64,000 nucleotides of DNA from Patescibacteria group bacterium (GTDB taxonomy: Bacteria > Patescibacteriota > Minisyncoccia > Phycocordibacterales > JBBTRF01): contig JBBTRF010000001.1 in NCBI GenBank assembly GCA_038065315.1, positions 528,458 through 592,457 of the forward strand, written 5' to 3'. Shown in pieces: positions 9,895 through 19,811 of the stretch. The notes under the pieces were generated by a model. The model was not told the DNA's origin, ran no database searches, and was given only the letters and a program-made list of their open reading frames with translations. Numbering within the stretch: the stretch's first letter is position 1; the number at the start of each line of letters is the position of its first letter. Made by a program: the position numbers and the translations under genes.

Positions 9895-10974
9895 TTATAT
9901 ATGGAGATATCGCTTTGCCCATTTTCTGACAACAAAGACACCGTACCAGAATGGCTGGAAGACAACATCTTCAATAGGCGAATGTGTCTGCCCATGCCCG
10001 CCGAAACGCTGCTTGAAAGTAGTAATGCCCTTCCAGGTCTTCACCGGAAAACGTTCGGAAGAGACTCCTCCAAAGTTGTATTCGGCGTAGCCGCGTCGCT
10101 TGGCCTCAAGCAGTGCCGTCCATTGTACCAACGCGGACGCAGACACATTTCGATGGGTGTCAGAAGATGCACCAAAGACGTAGGTGGCGGTCTGTCCATA
10201 TCCGATCACCACAGCGATCGACACTACCTCACCGCCATACGAAGCGAGCACTAGGAAGGCCGACTTCGTATTCTCAAGCTCAGCGAACAACGCTTTGTAG
10301 TATCCATCTGGGTGGGGTACGAAGCCGTCTCGTGAAGCAGTCTGTTGCATCAGGCGACAAAACGCATCGAGGTGCGGAAAAAAATGCTCTCCCACAAGCT
10401 GGATTGTCACCCCTTTCCGTTGAGCATACTGAATCGAGTAGCGAGCCTTTTGATGCATACCGGCAAGCAATTCTGCCTCACTCTTCGCAAGTGGCAACAC
10501 CCACTCGGAGCGTGGCTGAAGCGAACCGTCTATCAAAAAACGTGGGCATGAGGAGCCGGTGTTCAGACTCGATGCGGCTGCACTTGTCACAACAGGGAAA
10601 AGATCGAGACGAAAAAAAGCGGCGGGTGCTGTGTTGGTGACAAGACCGAGTAGGCTAAAAGCTTTCGAGATTGCCATTCTGACCTGCACATGATCTGCTT
10701 CAGCGACACACACTGGGCCATATGGCGCATACCAATACCCTCGACCGCCGAGAAAACGGACCGGGGTGAAAAAACATTGAGCGTAGGCCACTGTTTGGGA
10801 ACCATCCTTCACTAAAAAACGCTTTGCTATTTTCCCTGCAGCAAGCTGCCATCGATAATACAGATCCGACTGTGTAAACAGTGTCTCCGCACACAAAGAA
10901 AGCGGGTCAAATGTGACAGTATCAGGTAAATATTCAATCGTGTATTCACCGCGTGATCCTCCTTCGGAATGCAT
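9895..10974 (-). CDS. FemAB/FemX family peptidoglycan bridge-forming peptidyltransferase
   Basis: PYGPV, QKARYSIQYAQRKGV, YNFGGV and GITTFKQRFGG motifs. Confidence 0.85.
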   Translation of the reverse strand: MHSEGGSRGEYTIEYLPDTVTFDPLSLCAETLFTQSDLYYRWQLAAGKIAKRFLVKDGSQTVAYAQCFFTPVRFLGGRGYWYAPYGPVCVAEADHVQVRMAISKAFSLLGLVTNTAPAAFFRLDLFPVVTSAAASSLNTGSSCPRFLIDGSLQPRSEWVLPLAKSEAELLAGMHQKARYSIQYAQRKGVTIQLVGEHFFPHLDAFCRLMQQTASRDGFVPHPDGYYKALFAELENTKSAFLVLASYGGEVVSIAVVIGYGQTATYVFGASSDTHRNVSASALVQWTALLEAKRRGYAEYNFGGVSSERFPVKTWKGITTFKQRFGGHGQTHSPIEDVVFQPFWYGVFVVRKWAKRYLHI

Positions 10975-11005
10975 ATGTGTATCTTACACTACAAGACCTC
11001 TTCGA

Positions 11006-12094
11006 CTAAAACGGATTGCGTGCACCTCGAATCTCAAAGTGAAGATGGGGGCCGGTCGATCGCCCCGTGTTTCCAACATATCCAATAATTTGACCTTGGT
11101 AGACCTGATCTCCTGCAACGACAATGACCTCTTTCATGTGTCCATAGAGAGTCTGGGTACCATTCGAGTGACTGACCACGACATAGTTGCCATATCCACC
11201 ATTCCAACCGCTATTTCGAGAAATAATCACATCACCAGCTGCCGCAGCGTAGATCGGAGTACCGCTTGGGGACCCGAGGTCAATACCATTGTATCCGTGC
11301 AAGCCCTGTGTCCTCATACCGCTGGTCGGACGTAGATAGTATCCCGGAAATTCTGGACCGTTGGTATCGTGAGCCAAGGTGGTTTTAAACGTCTTCTCAG
11401 GGATCTTCCCAGCAGCAGAAGGCACTACTACAGTCTCTCCCTCAGGAATAGTGATGATTACTCCATCAGCGATGATATCGTTCTCATTCAAATCATTAAA
11501 CAATGCGAGCTCTGAAACGTCTGTTTTGTATTTCTTCGCAATACTCTTTAGAGTATCGCCCTTCTTGGCCGTATGAGCGATGCCGGAGATCGGCAAAATA
11601 GTGAGGGTTTGACCGAGCTGGATCGATTTTCCACTGAGATTGTTAGACCAAACAATCGTATTCACTGACACGCCATACATTTTTGCAATCTGAGTGAGGG
11701 TGTCACCCTCGCGAACAGTATAGAGACTGATGCGTTGATAGAGAGGGAAATCGTCGATATTGCCCATAGTACCCAGAGGCCCACTTTCAGCGACCAAGGC
11801 ATTACCGCTGACGATCGTGATGTCGCCACCGCCACGAGCAAATGTCGGGTCAGGACTCACCTCAGCGCTCAACAAGGCCATGTTTTGAGAGTTTCGAGTC
11901 TGAAAAATGGTTCTGGGGGTGAGTTTTTCCGCCGCAAATAGGTCAGTAAAGATGGAGAAGGCTTTGGCAAGCAATGGCTGTGGAAACACAGCGATCCCGA
12001 CGAGAAAAACCCCGATAGGTACAGCGAAGCTAGCTTTTATAGAAAAAAGCCTAAATAGAGCCGTTTTTTGGGAGTTTTTAAAAATACGCTTCAA
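11006..12094 (-). CDS. LysM-LysM-M23 metallopeptidase
   Basis: Two LysM repeats (YTVREGDTL, HTAKKGDTL); HGYNGID, TLYGHM and STGPHLHFE. Confidence 0.92.
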   Translation of the reverse strand: MKRIFKNSQKTALFRLFSIKASFAVPIGVFLVGIAVFPQPLLAKAFSIFTDLFAAEKLTPRTIFQTRNSQNMALLSAEVSPDPTFARGGGDITIVSGNALVAESGPLGTMGNIDDFPLYQRISLYTVREGDTLTQIAKMYGVSVNTIVWSNNLSGKSIQLGQTLTILPISGIAHTAKKGDTLKSIAKKYKTDVSELALFNDLNENDIIADGVIITIPEGETVVVPSAAGKIPEKTFKTTLAHDTNGPEFPGYYLRPTSGMRTQGLHGYNGIDLGSPSGTPIYAAAAGDVIISRNSGWNGGYGNYVVVSHSNGTQTLYGHMKEVIVVAGDQVYQGQIIGYVGNTGRSTGPHLHFEIRGARNPF

Positions 12095-12222
12095 ATTAGG
12101 GACTAAACGTGCGTTTCTGTCATTATATGGCTCTATTAAGCCATATTCGGTATTCCTGTAGACCTACCCTGCAAGGGTTAGTATCGTCAATTAAAGTCTA
12201 TCGGATACCCCTGGGAAGTCAA
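12054..12222 (-). promoter_or_regulatory. Promoter and structured 5' leader of the M23 gene
   Basis: TTGACT (12222-12217)-16-TAGACT (12200-12195); alternative pairings 12125-12146 vs 12129-12137/12054-12062. Confidence 0.5.
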
Positions 12223-12259
12223 TGGCGCTGTCCCCATTGTCCCGTGGTATAGTATTCGG

Positions 12260-14239
12260 GTGAAACACCTCGAGAGTCTCAATTCCGAACAAAAATCGGC
12301 CGTTTTGCAGATTGAAGGACCGCTTTTGATCCTCGCTGGCGCCGGAGCTGGCAAGACCAAGACCGTCACACATCGTATTTTGCATATCGTGAAGCAGGGA
12401 ATCGCGCCGCATCAGGTGCTGGCCATCACTTTCACCAACAAAGCAGCGAAAGAGATGCGCGAGCGCGTGCTGAAGCTGATCCGCGAAGACGAAAGTCTCA
12501 ACATGCCCGTAAGCTTCGAGGAAAAACCCTTTGTGAGCACTTTCCACGCGCTCGGGGTGCATATTTTGAAAGAAAACAGCCGACTCATTGACTTGAACCG
12601 CCATTTCACTATCTTCGACAAGACCGACGCGACGAGCGCAGTGAAAGCTGCAGTCATTGAAGCCGGTCTCGACCCGAAGCAATTCGAACCGGCCAAAATC
12701 CTGCGCGTTATCTCCCGCGAGAAGGGCAATCTCACCACCGTCGAGGCGTTCACGCGCCTCACCAGCAATGAATACTTCTCGAATATCGTCGCAACGGTCT
12801 GGAAAAAGTACGAGGAGCACTTGAAGAAGGAGCAGGCACTCGATTTCGACGATCTTCTTCTCAAAAGCGCGATCCTTCTACGCGACCACAAGGAAGTGCT
12901 CGAGCGCTACCAGAGTATTTGGAAGTATATTCACATCGATGAGTACCAGGACACCAACAAAGTGCAGTACATGATCGCCAAGCTACTCGCCAGCAAGACA
13001 CGAAACCTCTGCGTGGTAGGTGACATCGACCAAAACATCTACAGCTGGCGCGGCGCAGACATCAAGAACATCATGGATTTCGAAAAGGATTATCCTGAGG
13101 CAAAAGTCGTCACGCTCGAAGAAAACTATCGCTCCACCAAGACCATTTTGGATACCGCGAATGCAGTAATCAAGAAAAACAAGAAGCGCCGCGAGAAAAA
13201 TCTCTTTACGCGCCAGGGAGCGGGGGAGAAGATCGTAATGTTTGAAGGATACGACGAAGTGGAGGAGGCGCACTTCATCGCTGAGAAGTCCAATGAGCTA
13301 ATCCGTGGCGGAGTAGAGCCAAACGAGATCGCCGTACTGTTTCGTGCCAATTTCCAATCGCGCATTCTCGAAGAGGCTTTTTTGGCGCACAGCGTGCCGT
13401 ATCAACTGCTCGGTACGAAGTTTTTTGAGCGCAAGGAGATCAAAGATGCATTGTCGTACCTGCGTGCCGCACTCAATCCGCAAGGTTTGGCCGACCTGAA
13501 GCGCATCATCAACGAACCACCGCGCGGCATCGGCAAAGTGACTTTGCTGAAAATATTTAGCGGACAAGAAGATAGCCTGAGCGGGGCAGTGCGCGACAAG
13601 ATCCAGAGCTTCCGCAATGTGTTGGCTCAAATTCGCGATCTCGCGACCCGTGAGAAGCCATCTTCAGTGATGCGCTTCGTGATTTCGGCGAGCGGCCTCG
13701 AAGCTGAGTACAAAAAGGGTACGGAGGAGGACCTTGAACGACTCGAGAACTTGCAGGAACTCGTGACACTCTCGACCAAGTACGACCATTTGCCGCCAGT
13801 GACGCTTGACACAGAAACCAGCGCGGCTTCCGGCCTCGAAAAACTGATTGAGGAAGCCGCGCTGCAGTCCGACCAAGACGAAATGAAGGAAGCGAAGAAC
13901 GCCGTGAAGCTGATGACTGTTCACGCGTCGAAAGGTCTCGAGTTTGAACACGTCTTCATCACCGGTCTCGAACAAGACCTTTTCCCGCACTTGAAACTCA
14001 GCGAGCAATCTATGAGCGAATCGGAATCAGAAGAAGAACGTCGCCTTTTCTACGTCGCTCTCACCCGCGCGAAGAAACGACTCTATCTTACCTTTGCCGG
14101 CGTGCGCACCATCTTTGGCAGTAAGCGCATGAATGTACCTTCCGAATTTCTCGGCGACATCGCCGACCACAATGTCGAAGCAGCCTCATACGAATATCAG
14201 CGACCCGCACGTACCGGACGCTCTTTCTATTTCGACTAG
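12260..14239 (+). CDS. pcrA: ATP-dependent DNA helicase PcrA/UvrD
   Basis: AGAGAGKT, TFTNKAA, IDEYQDTN, LMTVHASKGLEF and EERRLFYVALTRA motifs. Confidence 0.95.
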   Translation: MKHLESLNSEQKSAVLQIEGPLLILAGAGAGKTKTVTHRILHIVKQGIAPHQVLAITFTNKAAKEMRERVLKLIREDESLNMPVSFEEKPFVSTFHALGVHILKENSRLIDLNRHFTIFDKTDATSAVKAAVIEAGLDPKQFEPAKILRVISREKGNLTTVEAFTRLTSNEYFSNIVATVWKKYEEHLKKEQALDFDDLLLKSAILLRDHKEVLERYQSIWKYIHIDEYQDTNKVQYMIAKLLASKTRNLCVVGDIDQNIYSWRGADIKNIMDFEKDYPEAKVVTLEENYRSTKTILDTANAVIKKNKKRREKNLFTRQGAGEKIVMFEGYDEVEEAHFIAEKSNELIRGGVEPNEIAVLFRANFQSRILEEAFLAHSVPYQLLGTKFFERKEIKDALSYLRAALNPQGLADLKRIINEPPRGIGKVTLLKIFSGQEDSLSGAVRDKIQSFRNVLAQIRDLATREKPSSVMRFVISASGLEAEYKKGTEEDLERLENLQELVTLSTKYDHLPPVTLDTETSAASGLEKLIEEAALQSDQDEMKEAKNAVKLMTVHASKGLEFEHVFITGLEQDLFPHLKLSEQSMSESESEEERRLFYVALTRAKKRLYLTFAGVRTIFGSKRMNVPSEFLGDIADHNVEAASYEYQRPARTGRSFYFD

Positions 14240-14292
14240 TTTCGGGTAGGGTAAAGGGACGACGGTCGCGCTCGCGGCGCACCACAAAAATC

Positions 14293-15108
14293 ATGCATCT
14301 TCCCGCTAAAAAGTCGCTCGGCCAAAACTTCCTCAAGTCTAAAGAGGCGGTGCGTGACATCGTGTCCGCCGCCGATATTCAGCCTGGCGATAATATCCTT
14401 GAAATTGGCCCTGGAAAGGGCGTTTTGACCGAGGCATTACTCGCGAAACTCTCCACCGGTGGCCGCCTCATCGCCATCGAAAAAGACGATCGCATGATCC
14501 CGCTCTTGCGCGAAGCCTTCGCTGGCTCACTCGCTTCGGGCAAGCTCATCCTCATCCACGGCGATATCTTGGAAATGACCGTCGAAAAGCTCGCTGAGTG
14601 CGGCCTACGCGAAGGGCAGTACAAAATCATCGCCAACATTCCGTACTACATCACCGGACAGCTCCTCCGCATGTTCCTCGAGTCGGCATACCAGCCAAGC
14701 AAGATGGTGCTGATGCTGCAAAAAGAAGTGGCGCAACGCATCGTGGCACGCGACGGCAAAGAAAGCATCCTCTCGATCAGCGTGAAAGCATATGGCACAC
14801 CAAAATATGTCGCCAAAGTACCGGCAAAATATTTTTCTCCAGAGCCGGCGGTGGATTCGGCGATTCTGCTCATCGATGCCATCTCGAAACAATTTTTCAG
14901 CAAAAATCAGCTCAGCGAATCGGCTTTTTTTGAAACAGTGAAGCTCGGATTTTCACACAAGCGCAAAATTCTCGCGAGCAATTTAGAAATCCCCAGCGAC
15001 CAACGTGTTCAGACGCTTTCAGCAATCGGCCTCGAAGAAAAGGTACGGGCTGAGGAAGTCGCGATAGAGCAGTGGGCTGCACTCGCAAAAATATTTCGTA
15101 CAGACTAA
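14293..15108 (+). CDS. rsmA: 16S rRNA m6,2A dimethyltransferase
   Basis: KKSLGQNFL, EIGPGKG and ANIPYYIT motifs. Confidence 0.96.
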   Translation: MHLPAKKSLGQNFLKSKEAVRDIVSAADIQPGDNILEIGPGKGVLTEALLAKLSTGGRLIAIEKDDRMIPLLREAFAGSLASGKLILIHGDILEMTVEKLAECGLREGQYKIIANIPYYITGQLLRMFLESAYQPSKMVLMLQKEVAQRIVARDGKESILSISVKAYGTPKYVAKVPAKYFSPEPAVDSAILLIDAISKQFFSKNQLSESAFFETVKLGFSHKRKILASNLEIPSDQRVQTLSAIGLEEKVRAEEVAIEQWAALAKIFRTD

Positions 15109-16514
15109 CGCCTAATACGGATATCCGCCATCACCACGCTCGGATCGGTCGATGTGTTGATGAATTCTCCGAGAGGATCAATGATCGCAGACTCCAAACC
15201 CTTCGTAGACACAATAAAGTACTTGCCAGACTGAACCGCACGCAGAAGAGTGACCTGTCGGCCGCGACGCGCCACAATGTCGGAACCAAAAATAGCATCA
15301 TTGCCACTGATCGTCACGAGATCTGCACTGGCGCGTCGCGAAGTAGCATCCGAATACAAGACCTCCGAACAAATCAGCGGGGAAATGCGTCCCAAACCTG
15401 TCTCAAACACAAAGGAGTCCACCTGACCACCACCGACCGATGCGGAACTAAAGTCTCCTTCAGAGAGAGGCAGGAGGTGGCGCTTGTGATAGAGCTGTCG
15501 AAGCTGTCCGGCTTCGATATACGCCACTGAATTGAACAAGTGTTCATCTTTTTTGCTGTGCAGACCGATCAGAAACACTTTTTTCGGATGAGCAGTCGAC
15601 CAGCCAAGTATTTTGTCGTATACCGCTTTTATTGTCGAGCTTGGCAGTTCGTATCCGAGAGGGAGCATCGTGTTTTCATCAATGACAACAAACGAAACAG
15701 CATTTTCCGGAAGCACGACAAGATTCGCCCCTGCCGCCAAAGCGGTTTCTACGGCTTTTTCATAGTAACGAAACCCGACCAAGCCCACACTTTCTTCTTG
15801 TGTAGTGAGTGTAGAATGGATAGCTGCCACCCGAACGGGATCACCGAGCGGCTCAGCATTGATTCGATAATACCCATAGGACCATATCGCCAAAAAAGCG
15901 AGTAGGCTGGCCATAAAGTGGCGCGGTCGGCGCCATTCCAAGCTCCATCGATACAAGCAGATATTCATCGCCACCGCAAAAAATCCGAGTCCGTAGATAC
16001 CGACGAGGTGCGCGAATTGTCGAATATATTCCTGCGGTGCCAGACTAATACCGAGCTCTTGCCAGGCGATGCCGCCCGGGACAAACGACCGCGCATATTC
16101 GAGGATCGTCCAACACGCCGCGACGAACAAAATCTGCACGAACCAGTGGCGAATAGGGGAGTCTTTGGCAAAGATGCGTTTGTATGCAAGTGAAAATAAA
16201 ATAAAGAACGGCACGTCGCCAATCAACGCGAGAAGAGCGAGAAATCCATAGAGAGCGAGCTCTTTGTGTTGAAAGAGCAGACTGCTTTGCTCCAGCCACC
16301 ACCATGCGTTCGTGCTCGCCAACGGAAACAGCGTGAAGATACCGTACAAAAAACCTGTCACGCCGGCACCGATGCATATCGTCCGCGTATTTTTGGCGCG
16401 ATCGATGAAGACGAGAAGCGGAATGATCGCAATATACACACACCAGCTGAGCTCGAGCGGCGGGAAAGCAGCGAGTAACAGTGCGGCTGACAAAATAGGG
16501 AGTAAAAACAACAT
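15105..16514 (-). CDS. lnt: Apolipoprotein N-acyltransferase
   Basis: Multi-TM N-terminus plus nitrilase triad VVLPE / YHKRHLLP / PLICSE. Confidence 0.8.
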   Translation of the reverse strand: MLFLLPILSAALLLAAFPPLELSWCVYIAIIPLLVFIDRAKNTRTICIGAGVTGFLYGIFTLFPLASTNAWWWLEQSSLLFQHKELALYGFLALLALIGDVPFFILFSLAYKRIFAKDSPIRHWFVQILFVAACWTILEYARSFVPGGIAWQELGISLAPQEYIRQFAHLVGIYGLGFFAVAMNICLYRWSLEWRRPRHFMASLLAFLAIWSYGYYRINAEPLGDPVRVAAIHSTLTTQEESVGLVGFRYYEKAVETALAAGANLVVLPENAVSFVVIDENTMLPLGYELPSSTIKAVYDKILGWSTAHPKKVFLIGLHSKKDEHLFNSVAYIEAGQLRQLYHKRHLLPLSEGDFSSASVGGGQVDSFVFETGLGRISPLICSEVLYSDATSRRASADLVTISGNDAIFGSDIVARRGRQVTLLRAVQSGKYFIVSTKGLESAIIDPLGEFINTSTDPSVVMADIRIRR

Positions 16515-16568
16515 CGTATAATTGTAACGCACTTTTGCACGAGCAGAGTGATATAATGCAGTCACTCA

Positions 16569-17579
16569 ATGGCTAGATTTTCTGCAAAACACTTTTTGCT
16601 TGCCGCTGTCGTGCTTTTTCTTTTGCCCAGAATAACCCTCGCCAACGATCCGGTCTTCACTCGGACACTACGGATCGGTGATTTTGGTGCAGATGTACAG
16701 CTATTGCAACAGAAATTAAACACTGACAGCGAAACACGTGTCGCGGAAGATGGTCCTGGATCTCCGGGACAAGAGACGGCGCTGTTTGGTATGCGGACAC
16801 AGGCAGCCGTGATCCGTTTTCAAGAAAAAAATGCCGAGAAGATACTGGCACCGCTCGGATTGAGTAGCGGTACAGGAGTAGTGGGGGAAGCGACCAGACG
16901 AGTCTTGAATGAAGTGTTTGCTCAAACAAAAACTCCGGTTCTCACCACGCCAGTAACGAACACGGCACCCGCACCGACAACCTCTGCGACAACGCCTGTC
17001 GAAAAAACCGACCTGTATATCACCTTCCCCTCGAGCTACTACGGACCACGAGGTTCCAAACTCACACTCGCCGGCAACGGCTTCACCAAGACAGGAAATA
17101 CCCTTTATCTTGGCCCTAATTTCAGTATTTCAAACATACCGTCGAGCGGCGGAGCGAGTCTCACCGCGACGATTCCCAATGACGCACCATATGGCAAACA
17201 CGTCATTTGGGTGGAAAATGCCAACGGCAAGACCCTCAACACGAGCTTCTACGTCGTGACGAAAGAAGGATCTGCGCCACCGACGATCACCAGCGTCAGC
17301 CCTGAAAGCGGCCTCTATGGACAACAAGTGACCGTCCACGGCAAGAACTTCGCACCGAAGGGGAATGAGATTTTGACAAACTATCATATAATAAAAGAAG
17401 TTCCTTCTCCGGATGGAACAACACTCACGTTCTCTGTCGCGCCATTCCCCGAGATCCCGCAACTACAAGTCGGAGTCGACTTGAAGAGGGGCATCGAAGC
17501 AGCGATGACATTCTACGTTGTGAACGAGAATGGTGTAAGCAACAAAGAAAAGCCGGGGAAGTTTACGATCAAAATCTAA
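16569..17579 (+). CDS. Secreted peptidoglycan-binding protein with IPT/TIG-like domains
   Basis: Signal peptide; LRIGDFGADVQLLQ...FGMRTQAAVIRFQ; PTITSVSP Ig-like repeat. Confidence 0.8.
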   Translation: MARFSAKHFLLAAVVLFLLPRITLANDPVFTRTLRIGDFGADVQLLQQKLNTDSETRVAEDGPGSPGQETALFGMRTQAAVIRFQEKNAEKILAPLGLSSGTGVVGEATRRVLNEVFAQTKTPVLTTPVTNTAPAPTTSATTPVEKTDLYITFPSSYYGPRGSKLTLAGNGFTKTGNTLYLGPNFSISNIPSSGGASLTATIPNDAPYGKHVIWVENANGKTLNTSFYVVTKEGSAPPTITSVSPESGLYGQQVTVHGKNFAPKGNEILTNYHIIKEVPSPDGTTLTFSVAPFPEIPQLQVGVDLKRGIEAAMTFYVVNENGVSNKEKPGKFTIKI

Positions 17580-17951
17580 ATGTGCGCCTTTTTTCAAAAA
17601 TACCGCCTCTCCATCGCCATCATTTTGGCAGCCTGTTTGATTGCGGGGACTTTCGTATACAGAGCCGGCGCGACTGTCGGCTTGCCATTCGGCGGATTGA
17701 TCGTGTCCACGGTGTACTGCACCTGTACCAACGCCTTCCTCATCACCATCGCCACACCGATTCCGGGCAACTATCTCTACTTTCCGGGCACTCCACAATT
17801 TGCATGGTACCAGCTCCCTCGACCAGGTGTGTGGACGCTTGGCCTCTTTGCCCCCGGCGGCGCCTGCTTGATGTTTGCCGGAAAAGCTGGGTGTGTACCC
17901 TATGCATTACAGCCTTTTGGTACAATTATGTTTGCAGGCACCTCGCTCTAG
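17580..17951 (+). CDS. Small Cys-containing exported hypothetical protein
   Basis: Signal peptide; PFGG...YCTC motif; abuts upstream gene. Confidence 0.65.
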   Translation: MCAFFQKYRLSIAIILAACLIAGTFVYRAGATVGLPFGGLIVSTVYCTCTNAFLITIATPIPGNYLYFPGTPQFAWYQLPRPGVWTLGLFAPGGACLMFAGKAGCVPYALQPFGTIMFAGTSL

Positions 17952-17969
17952 TCTCTACACGAAAGTACC

Positions 17970-18863
17970 ATGAACCCTACATACAAAAAAATCATCGTTG
18001 GTGTCGTCGTACTCGCTGCCGTGGCGGGGACAGTAATGCTTGGCTACACTAGCAAAAGTATTGACCTCGGAAATGGCACCGAGAATGGGGAGGTCAGCGG
18101 TGGCGTGCAAATTCAGGCGGTCTCCAGCAGCAATTCCGACCTGTTCAAGGACACTTTCAACACTTCGGGCACCGAAAACGGCATTTCAACGACCGAATCC
18201 AAGGTTTCTGAGGCTGAAAAGAGCTTCGAGCAGCGCAATCTCACCGACCGCATCTCTATCGACCTCTTCGCAAAGTATCTCTTCCTCAAGAACAATGGGC
18301 AGGAAATCACCCCTGAGGTGCAGGAGTCGCTGGTGAAGAACGTCATTGAGGAAAATACCCAAAAGATCGAGTACATTACCTATACGGGGGCTAATCTTGG
18401 ACTTATTTCAGCACCAACAACTGAGCAGCTCAAAACCTACGGCAACGCATTGATCACTCTGGTCATCGAAAATTCACCAAAAGATAGCTCGCAGAACGAG
18501 CTCACTTTGCTTGCTACTATGGCGGAAAGCGGGGCGAATTCAGAAAATCTCGCTCAACTCAAGGCGATTTCTACGGCATATACGACAGTGGGGCAGAAAT
18601 TAGTGAAAATGACCATCCCAAGCGATGCAAAACCTCTCCAAGTCGCCCTTGCCAACGTCGCCGGACGGATCGGCGTCAATATCGCCAACTTTACCGTATT
18701 CGAGACCGACCCAGTAACCTCCATCGCGCATGTTTCGGCATATGACCAAAATGTTACCGACCTCAATACCGTACTGAAATCTTTTGGCGCCTACTTCGCA
18801 AAAAAGGGCGTTGTATTCTCCACAAAAGAGCCTGGTTATGCCTTTACCCTTCTCGGGCAGTGA
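17970..18863 (+). CDS. Membrane-anchored hypothetical protein
   Basis: 297-aa ORF with N-terminal TM. Confidence 0.75.
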   Translation: MNPTYKKIIVGVVVLAAVAGTVMLGYTSKSIDLGNGTENGEVSGGVQIQAVSSSNSDLFKDTFNTSGTENGISTTESKVSEAEKSFEQRNLTDRISIDLFAKYLFLKNNGQEITPEVQESLVKNVIEENTQKIEYITYTGANLGLISAPTTEQLKTYGNALITLVIENSPKDSSQNELTLLATMAESGANSENLAQLKAISTAYTTVGQKLVKMTIPSDAKPLQVALANVAGRIGVNIANFTVFETDPVTSIAHVSAYDQNVTDLNTVLKSFGAYFAKKGVVFSTKEPGYAFTLLGQ

Positions 18864-18877
18864 GATAAAATTGTGAG

Positions 18878-19810
18878 GTGAAGCGATTTCGCATTGCAAA
18901 TGCGGGAAAAAACGCGATATGCTTTTTTCTCCTGACTGCCATTCTCCTTGTTACCCTCGTACCGAGCGACTTACCCCTTGTTGCCCCACGAAAAGCTGAG
19001 GCGTTCTTCTTTGGATGCCCACCTGGACTATCCTCAGGAGTGGTGACCAGTGCTGCTGGCGCAAACGCTATACCTGCGGTACCAATCATTAATCTTGGAC
19101 TATTTACGGTGAACGCACAGGCAGCACTGAACACCGGCAGCATCACTGATCGAAAATGCTATCTCGACTTCATAGTCAAAACGCTCGCAAAAGCCGTCGT
19201 CCATGCACTCGTCTCTTCCATCATCGATTGGATCAATCGCGGCTTCGAAGGGGGACCGACTTTCGTCACTGATCCCGCGGGCTTCTTCGGCAATATTGCC
19301 GACCAGGAAATTGGCCGCATGATCGACGGTTCGGCACTCGGCTTCGTCTGCGACCCGTTCCGCCTCCAACTTCAGCTCTCATTCCTTCAGCAACGCAATC
19401 GCAACGTGTCACCGTCCCGATGCAGCATCACGAGCATCGTGCAGAATTTCCAAGGCTTCGTGGGTGGCGACTTTAGCCAGGGCGGTTGGCCAGGTTGGAT
19501 CTCCATGACCAGCCAGGCGCAGAACAATCCGTTCGGCTCGCAGCTCATGGCTGAAGAAATTGTTGCCGCAAAGATCACCAGTCGACAAAATACGGCAAAG
19601 GTTTCGCTCGATTGGGGCAAGGGTTTTAAATCATTGCTGTCGAGCGACGGCACGATCAAGACCCCTGGTTCGCTGATCAACGACCAGCTCAGCAAGGCAA
19701 CAGGGAACGAGCTTGACTACCTCAACCTTGCTCGAGAATTCGATGACATCGTGATCGCCTTAGCTAACCTAGGTATCAGCCAGATCATGAGTGGCGGGCT
19801 GAAAAAATAA
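18878..19810 (+). CDS. Exported hypothetical protein of the T4SS-like cluster
   Basis: Signal peptide; WINRGFEGGPTFV, FVCDPF and DFSQGGW motifs. Confidence 0.75.
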   Translation: MKRFRIANAGKNAICFFLLTAILLVTLVPSDLPLVAPRKAEAFFFGCPPGLSSGVVTSAAGANAIPAVPIINLGLFTVNAQAALNTGSITDRKCYLDFIVKTLAKAVVHALVSSIIDWINRGFEGGPTFVTDPAGFFGNIADQEIGRMIDGSALGFVCDPFRLQLQLSFLQQRNRNVSPSRCSITSIVQNFQGFVGGDFSQGGWPGWISMTSQAQNNPFGSQLMAEEIVAAKITSRQNTAKVSLDWGKGFKSLLSSDGTIKTPGSLINDQLSKATGNELDYLNLAREFDDIVIALANLGISQIMSGGLKK

Positions 19811-19811
19811 G

